From Octopus bimaculoides (lineage: Eukaryota), in NCBI RefSeq assembly GCF_001194135.2, contig NC_068986.1:116639482-116688267 (forward strand): DNA of 48,786 bases, in the 5' to 3' direction. The notes under the pieces were generated by a model that had not been told where the DNA came from, did no database searches, and worked only from the letters and a program-made list of their open reading frames with translations. Shown here piece after piece: positions 25,511-39,244 of the stretch. Numbering within the stretch: the stretch's first letter is position 1; each line of letters starts with the position of its first letter. The translations under genes and the position numbers were made by a program.

Positions 25511-28500
25511 CATGCATTTATTTGATGAAAGGAGTCATTTGCTTGTTCAGACATGATCAAAGGAATGTCAGAATGGATAAATAATAATACATTGACATAT
25601 GCCAAGGAAATCTGGTAGTAATTTCAGACAACTACGTGAATTGGAACAACGAGAGAGAGGAAGAGAAAGTGTGAGTGTGTGTTCACAAACATAATGAGTT
25701 GGCTGCAGTAGATGTAAGCTCACAAACCATAAAACAGCAATGCTATACTTTATCCATAAAGCTATTGCACAAAGTCACTTGATCTGCAAGAAGTAGAAAC
25801 CAAATCTTCCTCAAGTCACACTTTTAGAAAAAAATAATGGATAATGTGGTCATGCATACATTATTCCTGATGTAAAAACAAAATAACCACAGCTGGAATA
25901 ATATAATAGGTGTGAATAATCAGTATTTATCTGCAGCCAAACAACTTCCCAAATCTTCAGCCAAATGTTTGGATGTTTAAGGGTTCATAAACTAGTTTTG
26001 CACAACATCTATTTGGAAGAGAATGAAATGTTAATGGCCCTGTCTAACTTCGTATAAACAAATATTAGAACAGGGTGGAAGACAAACCATACATATTGAG
26101 ATATCTTACAGAGGTCAGTTTAAATGATCCTATTTTGGTAACCTGAATGAAGCCAATTCCTTTCTAAGACAAACATTTCAGCTGTACTCGAATGTTCTTC
26201 ATCATTTAACACCCATGTTCCAGGCTAACATGGGTTCAATTGTTTGATAGATCAAACTGATCCAAACACTGCACTGTTCTCCAGGGTCTGCTTTGACATA
26301 GGAATGACATCCAGCAATAAAAAAACTAACTCTAACCACCTGTGCTGGTGGTATGGAAAAAACACCTAACCATCTCTAGTGACAGTGGCAGAATAAAATG
26401 CACTCAGTCCATGCTGTAAAATGATTGGTCATAAGGGAATCAACTATAACAACATACCAAAAACATGATATGCAACACACTTGACATGTTTGAGTTGCTG
26501 TCTGTTGTGTGGCAGGTAATGAAAGACTTATCTAATTCTTGCTTGTATGGAAAAAATGGACAAATGATATGATGACTGTATATGTGAGACCACTGCTCCA
26601 GGATGTGTGAGCAACACTCCTTGACAGCATAAACTTGTGTTCACTATTCAATTGGCAGAAGAAAACAAAACACAACACTAGAACACAGACAAGCAGAAAT
26701 AGTGATAGTAAAAATGGAAAAGTCTTTGATGTTTCAAGCCCATGCTCTTCAACAGAAAGGAATGAGAAAAGAAAACAAAGAGAAAAATGTGTCTGGTTAA
26801 ATAGTTTCAGATGTTGGCATATATTTTACCTGCTTGATGCTGCTAAAATCAGAATTAAATCCCTGATGTTATTACGGACTATTAGATCCATAAAAAGGAA
26901 AAAAATTGGTAAGAAAGACTGAGTAAAAAAAATTTTAATTATATGGAGAAGCAAACTTGAATTTAATAATACACTCCTCGAGAAGAGAAAGAAAAAAAAA
27001 ATCAAAAACCAATTAACATAATAATAAATAATTCAACTTACTTCTGCAAAACTGGTTCCTTTATTAAAGTATCTCCAATAGGAATTTCATATCGAGATTT
27101 TAATGGGGAGAACTCGTTTAATTTTATGCGAGCCATATTATGTGCCAGAGCATAGAGCTCAAGTTTAAAGCGTACATTGTTTTTTCTGTTAACAAGTTGC
27201 AAAGTTATACTTGAAGGTTTTAAATCCAAAGAATCCAGCAGTACAGCGTATGAGGAATGACCAGCTTCCACTGCTCTTTGGCGCCTGGAAATGAAATTTA
27301 TAAAAGTATATAACAAAGAGGAAATGTACAAAAGTTTCAGTTTCGATAAAATAAAAAAAAAAAAAAAAANNNNNNNNNNAAAAAAAAAAAAAAAAAAAAA
27401 CAATTGGATATCAATAGGCATTAATATAGGACAATCAACTCTATCAGCTCAGACAATGGGGGCAGAGTTGACACAATCGAAGCAGATACGACTGTGTGAC
27501 GAAGGCGGTGAGCTGGCAGAATCATTAGCACGCCAGGCAGAATGCTTAGCAGTATTCCGTCTGCTGTTACGTTCTGAGTTCAAATTCCACCGAGGTTGAC
27601 TTTGCCTTTTATCCTTTCAAGGTCGATTAAAAAAGTACCAGTTACACACTGGGGTCGACGTAATCGACTTAGTCTATTTGTCTGTCCTTGTTTTCCCCCT
27701 CTATATTTAGCCCCTTGTGGGCAATAAAGAATTAGATATGACTGGGTGGTTAAATTCTTCACAATCATAATTCTACATTCGATTCCAGAGTACCATTTTG
27801 AAGAAATTTTTTTCTTTATTGTATCATGAGTTTGATCAAACAAAGACTTGTAAATGAAATCTAGTAGATGGAAAATACGTGCATATATGTGTGCACATGC
27901 ATGCATGTGTACTCAAGCAGGTATAGTTGATAGTCCAGGTGTGACAGTGTGGCTAAGAAGCTCGATTCCCAACCATGTGACCTTGGGTTCAGTTTCAGTT
28001 CCACTGCATAGCACCTTGTAAAATGTGGCTTCTACAACAGCATCAGGCCAACCAAAGGCTTATGTGTGGATAGGGTAGATGGAAACTGAAAGAACCTGTC
28101 ATACATACAAGTATATATTGGGCCATCCCACAAATAATGCAGCTTTTTCAATTGCATAAACTAAAAGTTGAAGTGGGATGGGATAAACTACCTGCATCAA
28201 TTTGCTATAAAAGCGGGTAGCAATTTTACCTCGTACTTATTCTTAGTGCAAGCTTTGAAGAGTGCAGTTTGATTTTAACAGTTATTTTTGCAAAGCTACA
28301 ATGGAAGTGACAAAGGAACATATTCCGCATATTTTGCATTATGAGTTCAATAAAGGCAACAACGCAACGGAAAGTGCGAGCAATATTAATGCAGTATATG
28401 GGGATCGGACAATAAGCGTAAGCCAGTGTCAGCGGTGGTTCCAGAAATTCTGAGCTGGAAACTACAACCTAGAAGACGAGCCTCATCCTGGAAGATCTGT

Positions 28501-29324
28501 GGAGCTTGACGAGGACATCCTGCAAACCCTGGTGGAACAAAATCCCATTGTAATTGTTGAGGAAGTAGCAGAGAAGCTTGAATTTAGTCATTCAACCATT
28601 CACCAACACCTGTGTGCCATCAGAAAAGTCAGCAAATTGGGTCAATGGGTTCCTCACAAACTCTCCAAGTCTAACTGCATGGAGAGAATGAATGTGCACT
28701 CTTCTTTGTTGTCATGTCTCATGAATGAACCTTTTTTTTGGACCGAATAGTGACTGGTGACGAAAAATGGGTTCTCTATAATAATGTGAAGGGTTGAAGA
28801 CAGGAACTAGGGAAAGGAGAGACACTGGCACCCCAAGCTAAAAAAGGTCTTCACTCACGTAGAGTTGTCTGTTTGGTGGGATATGAACCCAAACCAAATG
28901 ATAACAAAGGAGATCTACTGCGAGCAGCCTGAGTGGCGTAAGTCAGCGCTAGAAGAAAAACAACCATCTTTATTTCAAGAGGAAAGGTGTTCTTCCATCA
29001 GGATAATGATCAGCCACATACAGCAAGGATGACATTCCAAAGGCTGGAGCAGTTTGAATGGGAAACAATGCCCCACCCACCATATTCACCGGACATTGCC
29101 CCATCTGATTATCATTTATTCCAGTTTTCAAAATCATTTGGATGGGAAAAAATATGAATTCTGTAGATGAAGTCAGAACAGTACTGGAGGAGTATTTTTC
29201 ATCATGGACAAGGGAATTCTGGAAGAGGGGCCTGGAAAGTCTACCAGATAGACGGAAGAGCATTGTAGAAAATGAAGGAGAGTATATTTTAGATTAAAAA
29301 AGAACTTCAATTATCTTAATTTTG

Positions 29325-29355
<31 letters not shown>

Positions 29356-32300
29356 ATTATTTATGGGATGACCCAAGATTTATAAACAATGTGTGTAGGC
29401 AGATGAGTACACTTGCCTTGACATCACATGATGGTTGTAAACAAGAATTACTATCATGTACATGAAGGGTTCCACCCACCTTTGTCTTGTGTGGGAAACT
29501 GGTCTGGCCATGAGAAAATGTTACCTTGCTTGGAAACAAGTGAGGGTTAGTGACAAGGGCAATGGTCCTTATAAAATCTGCCTTAATACCAATCCAACTC
29601 ATACAAACATGGAAAAAGTGGATGTTAACCCTTTTCTTACCATAGCTCTTGAAATGCACTGCCTTCGTTTCAATTAACTTTGAAACTAATGAAGAATTTA
29701 GTAAAATAACTCATTATTAATTTTTTTTTTTAAGATAAATTAACATGAAATTCTGATGGAAGGCTTTCATTCAAATCTTTTTTTTTTATAAAAAAAAGCA
29801 AGTTTATATCATAGAACCAAGGGTAGCTTCAAAGCAGGTTCAAATGGTATCAAATGGGTTAAAACAATATTTTTTATTAAAACTTATGACTCACTTGCAA
29901 AAGCCACTTTGCTCACAGGTTTTGAAATTTTCTCTACTAACAGCTACCACGCTGTATATTAAACATATACAATAAAGAACAACATGCCAATGTTGGGCCA
30001 TAGTTGACCTGGAAAAGAAAAGAAAAAAAACTTATAAATTTCAACAAATAACCCAAAACAACGTTGATTTATAACAATAAAAACTATTAAAATTTCAATT
30101 TTTTTCCCCCCCAGGTCAATTTTATCTTTTCACTCTTCCAGAGTCACTTTGGCTGCCACCTCACCACCTTCTAAAATCAATATGTAATAAAATGTGGAAA
30201 GTTGAGAAGACTACTACAGCTTTTATATATCAAATTTGAATAGTGAATTCGTTAACTTTGGCTGGTATTAGATAAGGATAAACTATTTATTACTGTTACT
30301 AAATTTTAATTTTCTATAGCCACCTTCACATTCCAAGACTACCATTGGGATCCATCAGGTACCGGACAAGGATCCTGGACTATTTTTCCAGTTTTAATTT
30401 TTGAATTCGACACACGAGTTAGCAAGACATTGTTAAAAGGATCAATAACGTAAATTTAGAATTAGACAATCTTATAAGTAAATGAGTTTGTTAAGGTCAA
30501 TGCTTTTATATTCCAGTTATACTTGATACAAATAACATAAAACCTATTTTATAAAGCGACACATTTATAAAGGAAAGGGAGAAAGAACATTCAGGTGTTT
30601 ATTTCTCCATAGAATTAAAATAGCAGAAATGAATTCTGAACTGGCTTTTGTGAAGAAGTGAAATCTGGGTTACAAACTCAACTTATATGGAAAGGTTACA
30701 GCTAAACAACAATGGTACTAAATATAATTTGTTATATAGAGATCAAACAAAAAGATGAAGCTAATGTTAACTTAAACATTTCCAATCAAATCTTAACTGA
30801 CAACACTCTTCAATGATAGCCATGTGCCGCTTATCAAATTATAAGACCAAGCAAGGAGGTAGGGGTATAAAAAAAAAAACATACTACAACAAAGAGATAA
30901 GAAACGCTTACATTTTAAATTTTATCAATAAATACAATCCCAACAATTGAATAAAGGACCACAGATGGCCTCAGAAAATGTCAGAGAGAACAGAAATACA
31001 TGTTTGTGAATTTATTTGTTAATAAACAGTTGCGTTTATTTATATAACACACACACACACACACACACACACGTAGATGGCCCCACTTGATCTGTAGATC
31101 AAGGTGTGGGTAGAAACTCCATACGATGTACCCAATGTAAGCTATGGACACATAAAAGGCACAGCAATAACAAAGGAAGGTTAACTGGGAAGATAGTTTT
31201 TGTGTGTGGCAGATACACAAGGGAAATAAACACTGAAGATGTACAGAAAACAGATTTTATCACATGCCAGGGGGGAAAACTAGAAGTAATTGATAGTTTC
31301 TGCTACCTAGGTGACCAAGTCTGTAGCGGAGGTGGTTGCTCTGAGAGTGTAGTGGCTAGAATAAGAATAGCCTAGGCAAAGTTCAGGGAGCTCCTACCTC
31401 TGCTGGCAACTAAGGACTTCTCGCTCAGGATGAAAGGTAGACTGTATGATGCATGTGCGCAAACTGCCATGCTACATGGCAGTGAAACATGGGGTGTGAC
31501 TGCTGAGGACAGGTGTTGGATTGAAAGAAATGAAGGTAGTATGATCTGCTGGATGTGTAATGTCAGTGTGCATACACAACAGAGTGTAAGCGCCCTGAGA
31601 GAAAAGTTGGGAATAAAAAGCATCAGATGTGGTGTGCAAAAGAGACGACTGCACTGGTATGGTCATGTATTACATATGAATGAGGATAGCTGTGCGAGGA
31701 AGTGCCACACTAACTGCGGAAGGAACCCGTGGAAGAGGNNNNNNNNNNNNNNNNNNNNNNNNNNNNNNNNNNNNNNNNNNNNNNNNNNNNNNNNNNNNNN
31801 NNNNNNNNNNNNNNNNNNNNNNNNNNNNNNNNNNNNNNNNNNNNNNNNNNNNNNNNNNNNNNNNNNNNNNNNNNNNNNNNNNNNNNNNNNNNNNNNNNNN
31901 NNNNNNNNNNNNNNNNNNNNNNNNNNNNNNNNNNNNNNNNNNNNNNNNNNNNNNNNNNNNNNNNNNNNNNNNNNNNNNNNNNNNNNNNNNNNNNNNNNNN
32001 NNNNNNNNNNNNNNNNNNNNNNNNNNNNNNNNNNNNNNNNNNATCTTGGAAATCCGCCGGCCCAATGGTTTCCCTTCATGGTAGAATTAATAGTGCTTGC
32101 AGGATAGGTCCTCTTTACTCTATATTTTAAGGTTGTTTAGGGTTGACAAGAAAGAACAATCTTCTCTGACCAGTATTCCAGAGTTCCCTCCAGGACAACG
32201 GCTGCTCAAGTGCTTGGTCCCATTATATCCCTTGTCCCTATTATGCAAGCCCTACTGCCTTCATGTGGCAATCTTCCTCTGTTGAATCATGTGGAAAGTT

Positions 32301-35300
32301 TTAATTTCAGTCACACCGTTTATGAAGTTTGTACCATAGAACCAGGAGCAGTTTTGGGCAGGTTGGTGCCAAAAGGATTAATAAGTGTTTAGTGTTTTAC
32401 TCTCTTAAGCCACTAACATTTTGTTCCGACTATGAAATAAATATTTATGAAGTTAATTCCTGAAGAAAAGAAAAACCCTTACCTACAAGGGAATGGAGAG
32501 GCTGATGGTTGCAGTGTTTAGATGGATAGAAAAGAAGTGGGGGAAACAAAACTAGTGAAGAACATCAGAGCATTTCTCAATATCAACATACTACAAACCA
32601 CCTACCAGCCTCATGGTTACAGAAGCCAAATAAAGCAGCTGGTAACACAGCAGAATACTGCAACAGATGTTCTCATTGATAAATGCAAAACTTGGAATGA
32701 GTGGAAAAAGAGGCAGTCGAAAATTATAGCCAGAGACAATGTGAAATAAAAGCAGCACAGAGACAGGTGAAAGGGTATGGATGATTATTTAAAATAGAAA
32801 CAGCAGATAAGTTTATCTATGTGGTAAGGATTGTTTAAAATGGAATCAGTGAGAGATGCATGAAATGTTCTTCAAGTCAGAATGAATCTCAAGTATTCTT
32901 CAATGAAAATCTAAGAAAATTTAAAAGAACTATGAGAATGGTAAAGAAATACACTTCAAAGAGAGTAAAAGAGCTGGTTTATTCTTGGAAGAAAATGCTT
33001 CAGCTGAAAGACCTAGAAAATCCAGAATAACCTTCTACTGTAAATAACAATTTATGTTGGAGACATTTTTATAAAGAATTCCACACGAAGGGAGACAGGA
33101 AATAATCCTCAGAGCATATTCGAAACCAATGTTTATGATAATTAAAAAGGAAATGTCAGTGTTTGCCATTTTAACTAAAAATGCTGATAGAAGATCGATA
33201 AGAGAGAGAAAGCAAGGAATTCACTGTGGAAATATTACGAAACATTTTTGGTGTGAAATATGAAAAGTTCCACGTCAGAAGCACTGGCTACATCTGAAAA
33301 CTAGAAAGACACCTATTCCTGTCCCTCCATCATACTTTCACCTATTAACACTCAGGACAAAGCCAGTTATGCAATCCACCACTCAGTTGAGTGGGGTCTC
33401 ATCCTGCGAGTTACTTAGTGATGTCACTAGTGCTGGAGCCAGAAAAAGCACTCAATACACTCTGCAAAGTGGCTGGTGTCAGGAAGAGCACTTAGCCACA
33501 GAAACACTGCCAAAGCAGACAAACAAGTTCAGTGCAGCTCTCTGACTCATCAGTTCAGGTCGAACCATCCAATCTATGACAATATGGACATAACGATGAG
33601 GACACTGAAACTGAAAATTAATCTACAGTTTTATTTTCCCCGATTTCTGTGTCTGTTGAAAATAAAAAAAGGATGAAGAATATATTAGCAGGCATCAAAT
33701 TTTCAGCAACAGTCAATGCTTCATCTAAAGAAACAAAACCAATATTTAATCCATAACAGATTTCTATATTCTTAAGCATTAAGTATACAATAAATTCCAG
33801 ATCAAGGTAGGTTTTGAATTTCCTTAACTGATCAATACTTAGGGGATGGTAGATAAACATTTTAAGAAGCTATGAAAACAACAGCTTGTCAATTTCTCTT
33901 TTTCTCCTTTTTTGTCTTATTAAATCAATTTTACTCTTGAATCAATGAAGCACTTAGAATTTAAGTTTGTTGAAATGTTCAAAGATATTAAAAATCAAAT
34001 GACAACTGTTAAAACCTGAAGACAATTTTTCAAATATACAGTTGTTGCAAAGAATTTAATTATTGATTAAATGAAATCAGAAGAATTCATGCTAAGCTTC
34101 TTAAGGTTTTTGCAGTAACTATGATGTAAATGCTCATCAACCCTTCAGTATTTGAGCCAACCATATCTGGCCCAACCAGATCTGATCTCTTACACCTACC
34201 GTATAGAGTCATTCTAAAAATACTACAATCACATTAATGAACTCCCAAAGAAAATGTATAATTAATTCATAATTCATAACTGCTTCAGCCAATCCAGTAA
34301 GAAAAACTTAGTGAGACAAGAATTGTCTTTCCAAAATATAAAATACTTAGAAACAAAAGGAGATCCATGAAGCCAAGTAAAATCACAGTCGCGGCAGATA
34401 TCAGTATCACGCAAATGGTATGTCACTCTTGGAGTGGTTGGCGTTAGGAAGGGTATCCAACAGTAGAAGTCATGCCAAATCAGAATGGAGCCTGGTGCAG
34501 CCTTCCAGCGTGCCAGCCCTCATCAAACCGTCCAACCCATACCAGCATGGACAACAGACATTAAAGGAGGAGGATGATGAAGAGAGGCTCGAAGAGAACC
34601 TCCAAGCAGTACTTATTAATAAGGTCTCCCTTAAATCACGCCCATCTAAAATGAGCTAATATAGCCCTTAATACATTGAAGGGGTGATGGTACAACTGGA
34701 ACTAACAGAACAGTAATATGTAAAAAGTATATATGTAAAAAGCTAAGCACATCTTGGTGCTAATTTCTTTTAGTCATTTCTTATGACAAAAGTAATGAAG
34801 CTTTCTTTTTCTGATTTACACAGAATAGAAAAATAAAAACAAGGTAAAATAAATGGGGAAAAGAAAAAGACAAGGAAGTGGGGAGTGGGGGAGCAGGAGG
34901 AAGGAGAGAGAAGGGGAAGGGAAAGAGGAGAGAGAGGGAAACCCATCCAGTGACATATGAGAAGATGGGCGTGGTGAAACTAATGAGCAATCAATGGTAT
35001 TTAATTCATTTCAGAATTAGTTGGGTTTTTTTTTTTTAATATTAACTCTTGTTACCATATTTCTGTTGAGATGCTCTGTGTTTCTTTCAATTATTTTAAA
35101 TATAACAAAGAATTTAGTAAAATAACTTAGTTATCATTCAGCTAGTGTTAAGAACATAAATTGTGACTAAGGTTTGGCGGAAGATTCTAATTGAAAACGT
35201 ATGAAAACAAGACATTTGTACTATAGAACCAGAGCTGGTTTCAGCCGGATTGGTATTGAAAGGGTTAATGACATGCATGGCTTATCATGACAGTTGGATA

Positions 35301-36240
35301 GGTCCCTAGTTATTAGATGCAGTTGATTGTCTAGTTTGTCTGTTTTAAATAATTTCAAATTCAATATAATTATATGTGTGTGTGTGAAGCCAGGACTGAT
35401 AACCATCACCCACCCGTCCAACTTCCTCAAACCACGACAGACTATACAGAGATAAAGGAGAATGACAAGAGAACAGAGTCCAAGATCTCCCATACTTTAG
35501 ACGATAAAAATAAAAATGCTCAAGCGATGGCTTTGAAAGTGGGGTTAGCTGAAGCATAACAAAAACAAGACTAAAGGAAAACTGAGATTAAATCAATTGA
35601 CAGAATTAGAATAGGATTAAAATTGAGGTCAGATTTTGATTGAAGTGGAGATGATGTATTCATAATATGTGAAATATGAAACTTTCAATTAAGATTATAC
35701 AAAATATCATCTTTGATTAGTGTTTAAGAGATAGGCTAATGATTAGGAGATTGGGAGGGGGACATAGTGATGAGGAGAGGAGAGAAGGAGCGAGAGGCGA
35801 GAGACAGAGGAGAGACAAGAGAGAGCGAGCGAGAGAGAGAGAGTGAGAGAGGGACGAGAGAGAGGGGGGACGAGAGAGAGGGGNNNNNNNNNNNNNNNNN
35901 NNNNNNNNNNNNNNNNNNNNNNNNNNNNNNNNNNNNNNNNNNNNNNNNNNNNNNNNNNNNNNNNNNNNNNNNNNNNNNNNNNNNNNNNNNNNNNNNNNNN
36001 NNNNNNNNNNNNNNNNNNNNNNNNNNNNNNNNNNNNNNNNNNNNNNNNNNNNNNNNNNNNNNNNNNNNNNNNNNNNNNNNNNNNNNNNNNNNNNNNNNNN
36101 NNNNNNNNNNNNNNNNNNNNNNNNNNNNNNNNNNNNNNNNNNNNNNNNNNNNNNNNNNNNNNNNNNNNNNNNNNNNNNNNNNNNNNNNNNNNNNNNNNNN
36201 GATAAGAGCAAGAGAGAGAGAGAGTGATAAGAGAGAGAGG

Positions 36241-36274
<34 letters not shown>

Positions 36275-39191
36275 GAGAGAGAGAGAGAGAGAGAGATAAG
36301 AGAGACAAGGCAGCAAGAGACTATCAGTGCTAGAAAGTGGGAAAGAGACTAGTACAGAGAGGGGGTGGGGGTGGAAGGAGACTACTAAAGTGAGTGAGAG
36401 GGGTAAAAAGATAAATAAGAGGGACAGTGAGTGGTCATCACACACACACACACGCACACACACACACTTTTCTTTAAAATGTTATTTATGATGCATAATG
36501 GGAAATAACAGCTGTTTGTCTAAATTGATTAACAGGGAATATAAAGAAAGTTTTAAAGCTCTGAGTAGAGAAAAGGCAGGGGTTTTTATTTTTCCCCTTC
36601 AAGTTGCAAGTGGAGAATTGTAACACTCAATGGCCATTGAGTAAATACACCCCTACTTCATTTTCACCTTAAAATACACAGCAAATATCTTAAATCTCTT
36701 GCAGACTTCAGTCTGATGATATAATTTCTTTTTCTATTTAAATTTTAAGCTAAATACTAAATGTCCAATTCTCAATAGGTCTCATTCCTACATTTGTAGG
36801 TAGACAGAAGTGGGCCGATCCAAGTTTGAAACTCTTAGGTTTTTATTAACACTAGTTTAGAAATAAAGATCCCTAGTTTAAAATCTGGTCCCGTATGTCA
36901 AGATGTATAGACTAAAATGTTTCTGCTCTTCTGAAGCGAATCTTATTGTTCACAATGAACTTCTCAACACCTGGCACAAAGCCACCTCCTTTATTACTGT
37001 CCACTCTCCCACTCTGTCAAGGGTTCTTGCACAATTTGTTAGGTTCCACAAAAACAAAAAAGGGGGCACCAAGTACACTCTGTAAAGTGGTTAGCATTGT
37101 TGTTGTTGGCACTCCATCGGTTACGACGATGAGGGTTCCAGTTGATCCGATCAACAGAACAGCCTACTCGTGAAATTAACGTGCAAATGGCTGAGCACTC
37201 CACAGACACGTGTACCCTTAACATAGTTCTCGGGGATATTCAGCGTGACAAGGCTGACCCTTTGAATTACAGGCACAACAGAAACAGGAAGAAAGAGTGA
37301 GAGAAAGTTGTGGTGAAAGAGTACAGCAGGGTTTGCCACCATCCCCTGCTAGAGCCTCGTGGAGCTTTAGGTGTTTTCGCTCAATAAACACTCACAACGC
37401 CCGGTCTGGGAATCGAAACCACGATCCTATGACCGCGAGTCCGCTGCCCTAACCACTGGGCCATTGCGCTTCCACGGTTAGCATTAAACCACACAAAATA
37501 AACAAAAGGAGAAATTGGAGCTCAATGTAATCATCAGGCTCAAATGACCATGCTTGTGGACATGTCCAGTTCATGTCAGGATGGACATTCAATGAGGACG
37601 TGTCATAAACTCATCCCAGACATTTAGAAAACAAAATATCAAAAGACAAGTGAGACTTCCATTAGCTACTTAATCAGCTGATGTTATCTAAAATATTGGT
37701 TCAGATTCAACTCAAGGCTATATTCTTAGAATTGCTTATTGGTTAAGATTTTAAATGGTTAGCTTTGCAAAACAGTGTTTGCTGAAATCAGCGTCAGAAC
37801 TTGGGTTAATTTAAGACTTATGAGTGAAGTTTGATATATGAAATGTGTGGAAGTCCATCCTAGGTATAAATATATATTTTTGGACTGACTCCTGTGCAGG
37901 TGGCACATAAAAAACACCATTTGAGTGTGGCTGTTACCAGTACTGCTGGACTAGCCTTCGTGCTGGTGGCATGTAAAAAGCACCCATACACTCTTGGAGT
38001 GGTTGGTGTTAGGAAGGGCATCCAGCTGTAGAAAGTCTGCCAGATCAGATTGCAGTCTGGTGTAGCCATCCGGTTCGCCAGTCCCCAGCCAAATCGTCCA
38101 ACTCATGCTAGCATGGAAAGTGGAGGTTAAACGATGATGATGATTACCATTAATATAGAGGAGTTCCAATGATGTTAATGATATTTTTTTTTTTTACTTT
38201 TAACTCCCCCAGTTCAAAGTTTATCTCTGCAAGATACCTGCCAACCTATTTCTGGTCCTATCTATTCCACTGCCAGCCACACCAACCAACTTCACAATAC
38301 AGGCTCAGCTACCATCACAATATAGCTAAATATGATCACAGTTTTGCAAAGGTTGGCTACCAAAGAAATGTTTTTCTTTTTTCATAATCAAGATATTATA
38401 CACATCAAGAAAGGGAGGAACAAAAACAACACGGTAGAGTTAAAGGAAGTTTTGTCAGAGACAATCTTTCTGTAATAGGTGGCATTCTATAAAATGGTCT
38501 GGGTTAAGAACTGAAATAATGGACAGAGGAAACAGAAGACAACTGGAGTTTTTTCCCAGGGTCCTCTTTAGTACCAATGCCAAAATAAAATGTATCCACG
38601 AAAGCAGAACTCTAATATGGCTATAGTGAATATTGGTTTCAAATCTGGGGACAAGAGCAGTAATATCAGTGAAGGGCAGAAGTGAATCATACCAACCCCA
38701 GTGCTCGACTGATACTTATTTCAATGACCCTGAAACGATAAAAGGCAAAGTCAACTTTTGATTTGCATGTTGAGCATCAAGCACAGACAAGGGATCTCCA
38801 TCTGTTTCAATCTTTGACAATGAATTGCGTTAGTCTCCTGATGAAACCACTTGCCAATGCTTCAGTTTCTGTGGACCTTCATTGCATTTGGTGTCAGCCA
38901 TGATTCTGTCTCCTTTGAGGTGTTCATCAGATCCAAGACATACATATTCAGAATGAGAGTGAGTGTGTGTGTGTGTGTGTGCATACTGTACTTTTACTGG
39001 TTTCAGTCATTTGACTGCGGCCATGCTGGAGCACTGCCTTTATAGTCGAGCAAATCCACCCCAGAGCTTATTCTTTTTAAGCCTAGTACTTATTCTATCT
39101 GTCTCTTTTGCCAAACTGCTAAGTTGCAGGGACATAAACACACCAGCATTGGTTGTCAAGTGATGCTAGGGGACAAAACAGAAACAAACAT

Positions 39192-39244
<53 letters not shown>

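Noticed and set aside
38830-38935. Two convergent CTGATGA motifs
   Set aside because: Neither is followed by a stem II-GAAA-stem III arrangement that I could fold.
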